Assembly: GCA_020536535.1 (NCBI GenBank)
Contig: JAHLWZ010000016.1
Span: 1 to 64,000 of the forward strand
Reading direction: 5' to 3'
From: Pelomyxa schiedti
Taxonomy: Eukaryota > Protista > Evosea
DNA length: 64,000 bases
Shown here: positions 1-12,334 of the stretch, in pieces
Layout of the letters: each line of letters opens with the position of its first letter
How positions within the stretch are numbered: the first letter of the stretch is position 1
The notes under the pieces: generated by a model
Database searches by the model: none
What the model saw: only the letters and a program-made list of their open reading frames with translations
What the model was told of the DNA's origin: nothing
Translations under genes and position numbers: made by a program

Positions 1-538
1 GTATCAATTCTACTCTTTTGCCACCTCTAACCTTAATGTCATATTCTATGATGGATTTGGACTTTGGTTGCAGAATTACCTTTTACCCTTTGGAAACATT
101 TCTGAATCCCAGAAGAAGTTCTACTCTAATAAATTCCTTTTGACTTACTTCACACTCTGTTTTCTTTATTCATTTCATGTGCAGAACACCACCACCTTTT
201 CTGGGGTCGATTGGTCCCAGAAAGGGTGTTCGAGCAAGAGCGGACTTTGGCGGCTGCATGAAGCACCTTTTCTGGGGTCGATTGGTCCCAGAAAGGGTGT
301 TTTGGCTGGGGCTCTGGCTGGGGCTCTCTCTGGGTTGTGGGTGCGGCTCTCTCCGGCTCTGCAAGATATCCAGTTCAAGAGCGGACTTGTAGTCTTTGAG
401 TGAGACTTCCAGAAAAGGTATCAATTCTACTCTTTTGCCACCTCTAACCTTAATGTCATATTCTATGATGGATTTGGACTTTGGTTGCAGAATTACCTTT
501 TACCCTTTGGAAACATTTCTGAATCCCAGAAGAAGTTC
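1..538. repeat. Direct repeat, period 417 bp (1-121 = 418-538), with two internal ~38-bp hairpin-forming units
   Basis: gtatcaattctactcttttgcc...cccagaagaagttc occurs at 1 and 418. caccttttctggggtcgattggtcccagaaagggtgtt occurs at ~193 and ~265. Confidence 0.9.
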
Positions 539-933
539 GTTTTTTCGACAGAACGGAGGAAAAAATTGAATTCTTTATTATTCAGCATGTACCCTCCACA
601 GACCTCTTCCCTCCCTTTAGGTAAAGTGTCACTTCGCCTTCGCTCCCATTACTTTGCGCAGCTTGGTGTGGCAATGTAAGTGTGTGTGGAGAAAAGCTGT
701 ATGGTAGAAGGCATAAGAATAATAACGGAAAAGGGGAGAGTGGGAGTGCTAGCCGTATACGCCGTGCACCAGACAAGTCCCACTCACTTCACCCCAAGGT
801 TTTTTTTAAGATTGTGACGCAAGGGACACCGCCTATCATCCTGATGCTAAGGTGTAACGTCGTTCACTACACGCAATTTCAACCAAAGACAAGAAAGCAC
901 GGAAGTCCGCTTGTGGTTTTTTGATCCCTTTCT

Positions 934-3900
934 TTACCACTTAGAGTGGGTGCCAGTGGAAATTGGTTGAGGTAAAGTAGGTGCTGTATGGGCCTGGACT
1001 GGGGCTGGTGCCAGTTTAAGGGGAACTGGTGGTGACGGATCAGGACGAGCACATTCCTGTGGAACCAACCATTAGTGCTCAGAGTGGAGTTGTCAACCAT
1101 ACCTGTAGGTTCCATATTTGCTCCGCGTATTGCCGTATTGACCTATCTGAAGAGAACCTGCCCATGCATGCTGTGGTGATTATGCTCATTCTGGCCCACT
1201 GTGGCTTGTCTTGATAGGTTCTGTCGATGGTTGCATGTGCTTCAAGGTCTTTGGGGCCGAACTTTAGGAAATTTCACTTGGAAAAGAAAAACTCACAGGA
1301 CGGGAAGTCGGCACAAGTAATATAGAAATCTCCAGTGCCATGAGACCTGTTGATTAGCTCGACATACTGTCTTGGATCACCAAAGGCTCCAGCTTGAATG
1401 ATGTCAAAAACTGTTTGGAGACGAGGGTCGACTGGAGGTGGGTTCCTCCTACATTGGGTCAAGGCACATCACTAGTGGTCTCTGAAATGTTACCTGAGGT
1501 TGGACACTTCTTGAGCTTTAGCCCCAAAAATGAACATGTTGGAGGAACCAATTTCATCCATGATTTCTTTTTGTTTTAAAGTTAGGTCTCCCTCAGTTAC
1601 AAAGTTGTACCAATATTAGCTCCATCCAATGTTCCTAGGATGAGACCACCATTGCAACAAAATTTCATATTGCTAAGGGCATATTAAATGACTATTATTT
1701 GACTGTGACACGCACCTTGTGCCAGAGGCCTCCATTCCTGTGATGTGATTTAGTACAAAAAGAATGGTCGAGATAAATACCGGCTGTAGAAATATGTTGA
1801 CTTATATCGCTTGCCGGAATCATCATCTCAGCGAGAGAAACACTTCACGGTTTAGGAAAACAGAATGGGGGAAAAAAAGCAAACCAGTAATTTGGTAGGA
1901 AAACAACTTTCATGAGATCCCCAACCTCTTTGGAAAGTGAGAAAAAAAAGAAGGGTAAGAGGGATTGGAAACCAGGGTCGCTGTTCACAACACGTGCAAC
2001 TTGATTCATTAACTTGATGATTAATTTTGCAATTGAATAGCCAGGGGCCTAAGATTCCAGTAAATAATACATTATTACAGATTCCAAAAAACGCAACTGC
2101 TTTTCCGCCAATTATTACTACACGGGGCACAACAGAGAGCCGCTGTGTTGGAGTCATTCCTCGTATTTTGTTCCACCTGTATATGATGTGGTAGCAGTTC
2201 ATCAACTGTCGCTTGTACTGGATTTTTGTTATTAGAAGAAGAAAAAAAGGTGCTGTGGAAACCTCATGGAACCGCTTTGCATGGATGTCAAAGAGAGCGT
2301 TTATATCCAATATAATGTTGAAATGCCGGGCTACGTAGGCTGCGAGGCGCCTCTGACGAAATTAAATATGAAGCAACAGCAGTTAACAAGTGATACCTTG
2401 TTATATTGTTTCACCATGAGCCATCTTTGTTGAACTTCGGGATTGTCTGCATGTTGCGCAATAGTTTTGATCATAGACAATTTTCTACAGGAGAAATAAA
2501 TAAATAAATAAATAAAAAAGAAAGAAGTACCTAATCCACTCTTGAGAGCCCCCCATTAGTTCTGTTATGAACCGCGATAAATCGGGATTGGCCTGATGTA
2601 GCCATCTTCGTGGAGTAACACCATTTGTAATATTATGGAATCTTGTATTGGAAGTGGAAGAGTTAGAAATGACAACAAGTTGGTAAATCGTTTTTACTTG
2701 TGAGGCCAAATTTTGAAGAAGTCCCTGAAGACTATTGTACGCAATAGCTCGGAGTGAATTTGCGCCACACCATTGACACAGTGAGAACCAACAATCGCAA
2801 GATTTGCCATTCTGATCTATTATTGTCAGATGAGGAAATCCGTGGTTGTAGGCATGATAGGCGCATACACTTTTGTTTGGCCCTTCCTCAATGATTGACA
2901 CGTTTCGGATAAGGTCGAAGTCAAGAGGAAATATTTGCTTTGTTTCGGTGAGGAAAATATGATTGATGTCGTAGATAAGGCGAAGATGTCTACAAAAAAT
3001 TTTTGAGTGTCAATTCGGTAATGAGAGGTAAGCTCGACCTTGGAAGGAGTGTCTCGAGCATGGTGACAGGCCACTTCTCGAGAGCTTCAGGCAATACCTT
3101 TAGATTGAAGGTGTGAAAAAAACAAAGTAAAGTGCCACCCAGGCTCTTACAGTGTGGTTAGTGTAGGCAAAAGTTTTTATAGTGATGTTCCATGCATCCG
3201 TCCAAGCTACATCTTTTTCATCGACCAATATTCGCATTAACTCTGCAATTCCGATAGAAGGATGTGTATCATTTAGTTGTATAGCCACCTAACTGCGTCA
3301 ATAACCATGTAAGGTGAATCACAAACATACAAAATTATGGAATTGAGCATATGGCTTATTGGTTGCAGTGAAACGGGATATAATATCTTTTAGTGTTGCA
3401 GCAACGAAGAAGTACTGTTGTTTTAAACGTAGCTCCTTTCCTTTAAGCACCCGTAAGTAGCGGTAACAGAGCGATTGTCATAAGCATACCGCACATGGTG
3501 TTATCGTTTGGGTACAGCACATTTGTGATATTTTCGGCAAGCTGTCTTTTTTCTACAGCCTTGAAGTAGTCACCTCTATTAAACGATTCTAGGGTCGTTG
3601 GTAGGGAAAAATATTTTCGAGAAAGGCACACCTAAATCAAATTGCTGAAGAAAAAGGAGAAATATAAGTGTGAGGACTTAAAAATCGAAATAAAAATACC
3701 GTGCTTGGCTTTGAGCTCCACAATCTCATGTTAATTGTATTGAATGTGTTGAAACCGGGGATTGGGATATCATATGCAACTACAAAAATTAGAGGGGTGG
3801 GAAGGGAAAAAAAAGGACAACCGGCAACAGACCCTTCTGTGGTCGTCCAAGTGCACTGTTTGTGGAAATTAAGCAAAGGAAGACATGTATTATACTATCC

Positions 3901-5221
3901 ATGCCTTTGGAGGCGAGTTCGGAGGTGATGGAAGTGCCGTTACCGTCCCGTAAAAAGGAATACTGTAAGTCAAGTCCAAACGTTGAATTTCCCAAGGATT
4001 TCCAAAGTTTAGCCAGTAGTCAGGAGACTCCACTTGGTTGCCTTGATCATCAAACTACAGGTCTGTAAACAGGTTGCTGCCTCCAAAGAGGGAGAAGATA
4101 CCTTCTGCGCAAACATTCCATATGTGTATCGCAGACCATACCCCCAGGCAGGGTAATTCTGGTCAGACTATTAAGCCAAGTTTATAAAAGTGAGAGTTCA
4201 CCAACCATAGTGGCCAACGAATCCATGAAGCACGAAGCCAATCGTCCTAAACCACCATTTCCCAGGCCAGCATCCATCTCCTGTTCCATGAATAAATATT
4301 GACCCATAAAGTCCTGAAACATTCCTGGTCATACAAGTCTTCAAGACTTAAACCAAGGTAATTCAGTGCTTGAGAGTACTTGTACTTAAGATTCAAATTT
4401 ACTAATGCATTTTGAAGGGACCGTCCCTGAGACCAAATCAGCTTGAACAACCATATGTGAAGAAACTACCATGAGATATTCCAAACTCAAATAGGCGACC
4501 TATGAGTTTTGAATTAGCACTCATTTTTGTTTGTTAAGGCACACATGTTTTACATCTTCTTGTTTGAAGAAAGAATCTGTATCCTATGGAGTTTAGAAAA
4601 GTTCTACATGTGGGAAAAAGGGGATACCTTCCAACGTTCTATAAGCCTATCTCGGATACTAGGTTTGAAGTAAGTAAGTTTTCTAAAATCAGGTAATAGC
4701 TAACCAATAGGAGAGAGCCTGAAGAGCGGAACGTGGGGCAAGTTGGGACCTGCTGAGTGCCAATGTGTGTTCTATATGATTCACAAAGTACTTCTGAAGT
4801 GAGTCGATATCTTAAATAACACCGTTATCCAGCAACAACAAAAATCGGCAAGCAACCATCAGGGAGATAAGAAGCAAAATGCGCCCACAAAAGCATTACT
4901 TGCCTTTCTTCTATACAAGAGTTAGTAACATATATAGATTGTTAAAAGGTGAGGAAAAGTCAGCCAAAAAAACAAACCAGGGGAAGCGCCAGGCGAAATT
5001 CTGTGGGAAGCAAATGACTGGGCGACTTGAGGTTGACTTGGCGGCGACGCGGACGTGGAGGAAGCCATGGGGGGGCGCCGTTTTGGCACGAGGTGACACA
5101 CTCCCTCGAGCGGGAACATCTGCATGTTGCGCGATCGTTTATTAGAACGAGAAAAGTGACAGTATTATGGGCCATGGCGCCGGGCTCTTACTGCGTCCAC
5201 GGTGTCGTCTTCGTCGCCCAT
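934..5221 (-). CDS. Glycogen phosphorylase (multi-exon)
   Basis: Spliced motifs: [118 protein letters not shown]. Stop at 934, or at 836 if a last intron is used. Confidence 0.95.
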
Positions 5222-5390
5222 TTCACCAAACCAATTAAAATTTTGTCCCTTTTTGTTTTCCGGCTACGTTTGTACCCTCAATCTCTACGCAGCCCGGTTC
5301 AGATCTGTAGAAATAGCGGCTTAGAAACGTGATATTGCAGTTGCATCTCTTTAATTAAGCCCAAGGTGCTGCGGCTTTGACACATTAGCG

Positions 5391-6554
5391 ATGGTACCGT
5401 GCCTATGTCGCATTTTTGCATAGTTACTCACTCATTTTTTCTTTTGTATTGGGTAGCCGCAAGGAGACTATATCGACTTGTTCCGGAAGCGACATGGATA
5501 TCGCTTCGATTATTTCGAAAAGAAGTAACTTCACCTACTCACAATTTCTTAGGCATAAGTGTGGGTGTCTCACCATTATTATTATTTTTTTTCTCCTAGG
5601 CGAAAACAAGAGGCCAAAGCTGGCAAACGAACATCACAGCAGGCCAAGAAACTATGGGGTATGAAAGCTAAGCTCTTCCACCAGAAGAGGTTCAAGGAAA
5701 AGGCTGCCCTAAAGAAAACGTATGGGGCTTCCCTCAGGCTTCCTTCTATGTGCTGAATATCCTTCAGTCTCTCCATGCATGAACAAAAGTCGTCAAAGCA
5801 AGCTGCTCAGCCTGATGGAAAGCCCGGAGCTATTCCACCTTATTTGATGGACAGGTCCCAAGTCAATAGAGCCAAGGTTGGAGATGCATTCTTCTAAGTA
5901 CATGTCTGAGCTGTTGCTACAGGTTCTCAGCAACATGATCAAACAAAAAAGAAAAGAAAAAGCAGGGAAATGGGCCGTACCACTTCCCAAAGTGAGGCCA
6001 ATTTCTGAAGCAGAGATGTTTAAGGTGGTGAAGTCCGGCAAAAGAAAGAGTATGTGTAGTGTACAACACCAAGTACTATGATAAATTACTCATAGTCCAA
6101 CAGAAAACGCATGGAAAAGGATGGTCACAAAAGCCACTTTCGTTGGTGAAGGCTTCACACGAAAACCACCGAAATATGAGAGGTTTATAAGACCTATGGG
6201 CATGCGATTTAAGAAGGCACACGTAACTCATCCAGACTTGAAAAGGTTCGAAGGCACTGTATTTAATAGCACAATTAATCACTGGAGTACAGTACATTCT
6301 GCCTGCCCATTTTGGGTGTGAAGAAGAATCCCCAGTCTCCATTATACACACAACTCGGGGTTATGACCAAGGGTACCATCATCGAGGTAACAACAAACAC
6401 ATCCCTCACCATTTTCAGTAACACCTATATCCAGGTAAATGTAAGTGAACTAGGATTGGTTACTCCAAACGGCAAAGTTGTGTGGGGCAAATACGCCCAG
6501 ATAACAAACAATCCTGAGAACGACGGATGCATAAATGCTGTATTGCTTGTCTAA
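5391..6554 (+). CDS. NSA2: Ribosome biogenesis protein NSA2 (first exon is the ATG only)
   Basis: ATG|gt...ag|[19 protein letters not shown]; [14 protein letters not shown]; [30 protein letters not shown]; [27 protein letters not shown]. Confidence 0.97.
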
Positions 6555-6723
6555 AACGAAACCAAAAACAAAAACAAAAATTTTGTTTTCCCCTGTAATA
6601 GCACGTGATGGTTCCGAGCCAAAAACACCCGACAATTTCCAGACTGCCTTTTTTTTTTTCGTCAAGGAAACTGATCAACGGTTGACCGACTGGAAACTTT
6701 ACAGAAAAAGCAGGAAGTCGAAA

Positions 6724-8139
6724 ATGTCGCGGGCAACGAGCACAGCGACCACTACAGCGACAACAACGACTCAACCGTCGTCAGCGGTAACAACTGCAAC
6801 GCCGGCAGGGCCAGGGAGGCCGTTGCAGGGGGCGCCGGTGCCGTGTTGGTGGGCGTGGCACCATACCGCCATCGCCTTGTGCTCCGCTTTCCATCCCCGC
6901 ATGGTGCCCCCTGCCTATCTGCTTTTTCCCTTTCTCGCCTCGTTCTCACCCCCCCCCCCCCCCCCCCCTTTTTTTTTTGTTTGTTTTTTTTGTTTTTTGT
7001 TTTTTGTCATCTTTCTATTGGTTTGGTGCAGGGAAAGGTCAGTCCTCTGAGACACTTGTCTCAAGATACGATGGCTCGTATTCTGTCATATGCTAAATCG
7101 CGGCAACATGCTTTTGTCAGTTTTGGGGATTGCTATCCCACCGAGGTCTTACACTTACACAATAATAAGCAATTAGCTCGAATTTATAACCATGCAGGTG
7201 TGGAACATAAATTCTGGGAGGTTGGTATGCAGGCTTCCATACGCCAGCTTGATGGTTAACTCTGGCAACTCTGACGCGCTCTACGGAGTTATTGGCAAGA
7301 CAGTGTGGTCCTGGGACTCATCGAAAGGGGGCCCAACCCGATCTTTCTCCTGCACAGGCAAGGAGCTGCTGTACTGTGCGCATTCTTGTGCTGCTCAGAC
7401 TCTGCTTGTAGGAGGGACCGAGGGTGTTCTCCGTTTGCATGATTCAGTTACGGGCGGCCTCATATCTACCGCAACTTCGTCGAAGCACTCCAAGTTTATC
7501 AAATGCCTAGCCTCTCCCGCACCGGGTGTGGCTGTAAGTGGGAGCGCTGATTGTACTGTACAAGTCTGGGCGCTTCCCAGAGGCGCTCCATCACCAGGCT
7601 CTACTACGTCTGCCGCAGCTGCCCCAGCATCCTCAGCAGCTGTCAGTGCGACATCAACCGCCTCAAAATCCTCTACCACAACCACTGGGGGTGACAACTC
7701 GCCCAGACCCGTTGTAAGTGCCAGAATGCCTGGCGGCGTAACGGCAATGGCCTGCTTGAGTGCTTCCAATTTGCTTTGTGGTGACAGCACTGGAGCTATG
7801 TCAATCCTCGACGTCGAAACAGGGAAGTCTATCCACGACATCAAAGTCCACACTGATGCCATTGCGTCGGTCGACAGTGCTTGGAACATTCTGGCATCGG
7901 GATCATTTGACCTGACTGCCAAGCTGTGGGATGCCAGGACAGGTATCTGCACAGAAACCATCATCGATGGCAAAGGTTGGGTGCGAGGAACATGCCTGGC
8001 ACCAGAGACAGGCAGATTTGTCTGTGCCAACGCTCTTGGTGTACTGACTATATTTGATTTGAGGAAGCTATCCGCCCCGCTGCACTCGGTGAAGATGTCT
8101 ACACGCAAAGGTGTGTTCTCAATGAGCCTTGGGTGGTAG
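6724..8139 (+). CDS. WD40-repeat protein with N-terminal F-box-like motif
   Basis: WD repeats SGSADCTVQVW and LASGSFDLTAKLWD. Spliced N-terminus ALCSAFHPRMGKVSPLRHLSQDTMARILSY. Confidence 0.85.
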
Positions 8140-8251
8140 AATCTTTGATCCGGCATTTTGGCCAAACCATCCCACTTATGTACCACCATTCATTCACTAA
8201 AAGAGGAGAAAGTAACAGGAAAACAAAAAGTTACTATTTCGTGTACACATT

Positions 8252-9651
8252 TTATGGCTTTTCAGCAAGCATATACCAGGCGCCGTTAATGTAACCACAC
8301 TGTTCCACCTTTAGTCCTGCCCTTCCTGCCATTTCCCGCCACTTCGACTCTGTTGTGAATATAAGGCAAGCAATGTTGGCCAGAAGGAAGGTAACAGTTC
8401 CAGGTACCCAAAGTACAAACAAGAACCTGTTGGTTGGTTTTAGTGGATTACTGGATTGAATTGAGCATGAAGTGCAAACCTGCCACCAGGTTTAAGAACT
8501 CTATGTATTTCCCTTAGAGTCGCTAATTTGCGGGTCTCTGGACCAAGGTGATCCATGGCAAAGGTACTTACCCCACAATCAAAGGTGGAGTCCTTAAATA
8601 GTGGTTTCATGTCCGTCATATCACCTTGTAGCATTGTGACCTTAACGGAGAATCAGATACATTACCAATGTCAAACATAGAGAAAAAAATGGGTGGTATA
8701 TACCTTGCTGGAAATTCCTGCTACTTTCATGTTGTGTTCCATCAGACTCCTGCCACCTCCATCTATGTATCCAGCACTGAACAGGTCCACACCAGTTGAA
8801 GTCGCACCATCAGGCCAACACCTGCTAAGTGCCACAGTGGTGCGTCCACTGCCACACCCCAGGTCCAGAATTGCGGGATTCACCCGGTTGCTTTTGAACA
8901 AATCAACAAGTGGTAGTGTACTCCATTCAACATGCTGGAGGAAGGGTAGGTTTTAGCAGCATTCAGGCACAATGAATTATTGTATGTGTGAGTGATATAG
9001 TGGATGGCATTTAGTGACATTATTACCAATAATATAATAAACGCACTTTACTGATCCTCATGTACGAGTTGTTGCCAAAGGCATTTACAGCGAGCATAAG
9101 CAGCACAAAGGCAGCAACCCACAATCCCCAAATCATCTGCACCACAATAGCGCATCCGAAAAGAGCGAGACTCAGCATCCAGCCATAGTTGAGTGCTGCA
9201 AAAGCCCAGCCAAAGTCATACACAGTCCGCGCCGGGCTGCTCCTACTACGCTTGTACGTAACATAGGCCTCACAGCTGCGCACATGCGTATTTTTGGTGA
9301 GACCAGTAAGAAAGTGGTTTTTAGGCGTGATAACACATATGTGTTGGATATGGGAGGGAAAAGGAGGGGAGCAGTACCAAAATGTGGACGCTATTACAAC
9401 AGGGATGGCTCGGATAAATGCAGCTACATACAGACTTTGAACTCCTGGAGCTAACAGCCACAGCCCAGCACTAAGACCAATGAGAACAATACGGAAAACA
9501 AGTGCTGCACCCGTGTGTGGGTTGTTTTGTATTTGTTGTTTGTTTTCTTTTTTGTTTTTTGTTGTTCTTTTGGCTTCGTTGGGAAACGACCTTTTAAGGG
9601 GCGATAGCCGGTTTTTGTAATAATTTCGTGGCGTATGTATGATGCGGTCAT
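8252..9651 (-). CDS. Membrane-anchored class I SAM-dependent methyltransferase
   Basis: Hydrophobic N-terminal segments followed by ILDLGCGSGR, GDMTDMKPLFKDSTFD and LREIHRVLKPGGRF. Confidence 0.85.
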
Positions 9652-9696
9652 TTCTCGTTGGCGCGTGATTGTTGTTGTAGTTTTGAGGAAGGGGTG

Positions 9697-12178
9697 ATGG
9701 TGTTGCTCAGGACTGGAAAAACGCTGTCTTGGGCTGAGTCCAAGGCCGTTGCTGATCGGGTGAGGAAGGGTGCCGTTCGTCACTTTGTGAGTGTGTGGAA
9801 GAGCATAGGCCCGGTTCCGAGTGACCCTCGTGCGCGCGAAATGCTGTGGGGCGACGAGGTTATACCTGCTCAGAAGTTATGTGTGTGCTTGTTACTTGCC
9901 ATGAGCAGATGGAGTATATGTTGTTGCGAGTTGATCCTCAATCTGGAAGTGTTGCACTGTGGTTGGGTGCTGAGACAATACTTAAAGAGTTCAATGAGCA
10001 GAACGAGTATGTACCTTGAGCTCACGTCAAGCAATGACTGTGTTATAGAGGTTTTTGTCTTTCCCCCGAATATGGTGCCTTTATGATCGAAGGTTCAGCT
10101 TTTTTCTTTTTAACCTCACTTTGGTTTTTTCATCAGGCTGCCCAAAGAAGCCTTGGTCTTTCTCAGTAACAAATCCGTTATCTTCCTTTTCCAATCTTCA
10201 CCAGCATCTGCAGTACAGGTATGATTTCTGCAACTCGAATACCTTTAATCACACAAAGGAGAGAAGCTATACAAGCTCTGTGTAGTAAAGATGTTGTTGT
10301 TGCTACAATGGGGATGTTCCCCATCATGGGAGTTAATATATTCACATATCCTTCTACTGTCCCATTTGGTCCAATTGCCTGTTCTCGGTACACTTCCGAT
10401 GACCTTATATTTCCTCATTGTCGATTCACGTATGTAATGCCCACTCCACCAGGAATTTGATAAGTACCAGCACCCTAACTGCTGCAATACGTGAGCGGAG
10501 AGGTGCGAACGTCTGCATCAATGTTCCATTGTATAAGGTCAAGCTTATCCAAAAAACCCCAGATGAAAACTTCTAGGATAAATTTACTTTGCCTTATACT
10601 GCCGATACAGTAGACGGTTCCCGGCTGTTTTCAACTGCTCCAGTAACTACATCTTTGACCTCAATTATACCCTGGGATGTTGCATGTGACGCCATGGTTT
10701 TTGGCATGGGAGCTTGCTCTCTTCAGGTATGTTTTTGTGCCTGCTTTTCTGCTGCCTCACTAAAGAGATTTCGTGGTAGTGTACTATACAGTGTTCGACA
10801 AAAGATGCCGCGTGCTATTTGTATGATCAATTGATAGTATTGGCGCCGCTAATGGTAAAACCTACCATAAACCAATATCGACTAAAGGAGCTCAGCTTGC
10901 ACTGAGTGCATGTTCTCCAATTGTTCGTGGTTATCTTGTAGAAACTGATGTACGATGGTTTGTCATAGCAGATTCTGTTGATGATAGAACGGAAACTGAA
11001 AGGGAAAAGAAGGTAATTTTAACTGTACCATTTATGTGCTGCTACTAAGTTGTTGCAGCTGCCGGCAAAGCCCAGATTCTCTTCTGCTGACATGTACCTT
11101 GGGGTACAACTAGATTCCCCATTGAACGATGTACATACCCCGTGTCATCATCCATCCTTTTTGGAGCTGTGCTCCTGTGGTAGTACTTATCGCATAATCA
11201 TTATCAACACAACGTAGGAGTAGACCAAGAGTTGTCTGCGCACGTGGCTCACCTTCTTTCCTGTGATCCACTTGTGATTTTTGCCGACAGAATCGAGATC
11301 GATGATAGCGTTAATGATGACCACTTTCAGGTAGTTGTGACACAAGTCTTAGTAGAGTGTAACCTTGCTACAGAACTTCCAATCTACTAATTGGAAGTCA
11401 GTGCGCCTCAAGCCGCCAGATACTGCAGGGCAGTGTGGATGGAGAGTAGAGTTCCGTCCTATGGAAATGCAACTTACAGATTTTGAAAATGCTGCGTATT
11501 TATGTTTTGTTGTATTTCTCTGCAATGCCATGCTACACTTTCGTCCCGATTTCAGAATTCCCATATCTAAGGTATCAACATCATAGTAATTTCATGTGAT
11601 TAAATTAAGTAATAAGGTAGACCAAAATTTTATCAGAGCGGCAACCCGTCACGCTATTACAAACCAGAGGTTCTCCTTTTCAAGTGGTGATCCTAAATAC
11701 CTGCTGCATTGAAGGTTTTTATCAAGGATGTAGGTACCAGCATGCAAGGTACTGATTGTTGCTACTCTGCACATGAAATTTTTAATGGAACGACGGATGT
11801 ATTTCACACTTCTCAATGCCGCGGTAACCACCTTTAGGGAACATTCTTGGGATTAGTTCCACTTCTTCAGAACTATCTTCAGTTTCTTGGGTGCAAAGAG
11901 GATACCACCTCGAGAGTTTTAGAATACCTCGCTTGCATTTCAATGCGTGCATCTGGTATCCAGATATTTTCAGCGGTCTATTAATCACATTTTCCACAGC
12001 CACACTTCCAACAGCAGCAGATTGGATCAGAAAGCAGGTGACTAACCACCCAGGGTACCAATACGACTCTGTTGTCACCCCACAAGTTGCACAACACCTA
12101 CTGGAGCGAATTGTAGCTGTGTCAAGATCTGACCCACACACCGCCGAGGATCTGGTCCACATTTTTGATGGAAAATGA
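9697..12178 (+). CDS. GCLC: Glutamate-cysteine ligase catalytic subunit (eukaryotic type)
   Basis: MVLLRTGKTLSWAE, LWGDE, PEYGAFMIE, DAMVFGMGACSLQ, SVDDRT, QSTNWKSVRLKPP, GWRVEFRPMEMQLTDFENAA, TAADWIRKQVTNHPGY. Confidence 0.95.
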
Positions 12179-12334
12179 CTTCTTCAGAAAGAGAACGAAG
12201 CTCCAGTGACACGCAGGGAAGGAGTGCCATTGTTTTTTCGTACCACTGGAAAATTGCCTTATCCGGGAATGAAGTTATTAGTTCCGAAGCAACAAACGAA
12301 AAAAATAAAAAAAACCAAAAAATCTTTTTAACAG

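Noticed and set aside
190-305. CRISPR-like repeat-spacer-repeat
   Set aside because: Only two repeats, eukaryotic context and no cas genes; kept as a hairpin repeat.
826-865. Ubiquitin-like C-terminus TTLHLSIRMIGG on the minus strand
   Set aside because: Immediately preceded by a stop; no ubiquitin body or in-frame acceptor.
7395-8189. Long antisense ORFs here and at 33785-34629 and 58337-58831
   Set aside because: Shadows of real genes on the opposite strand; no independent motifs.
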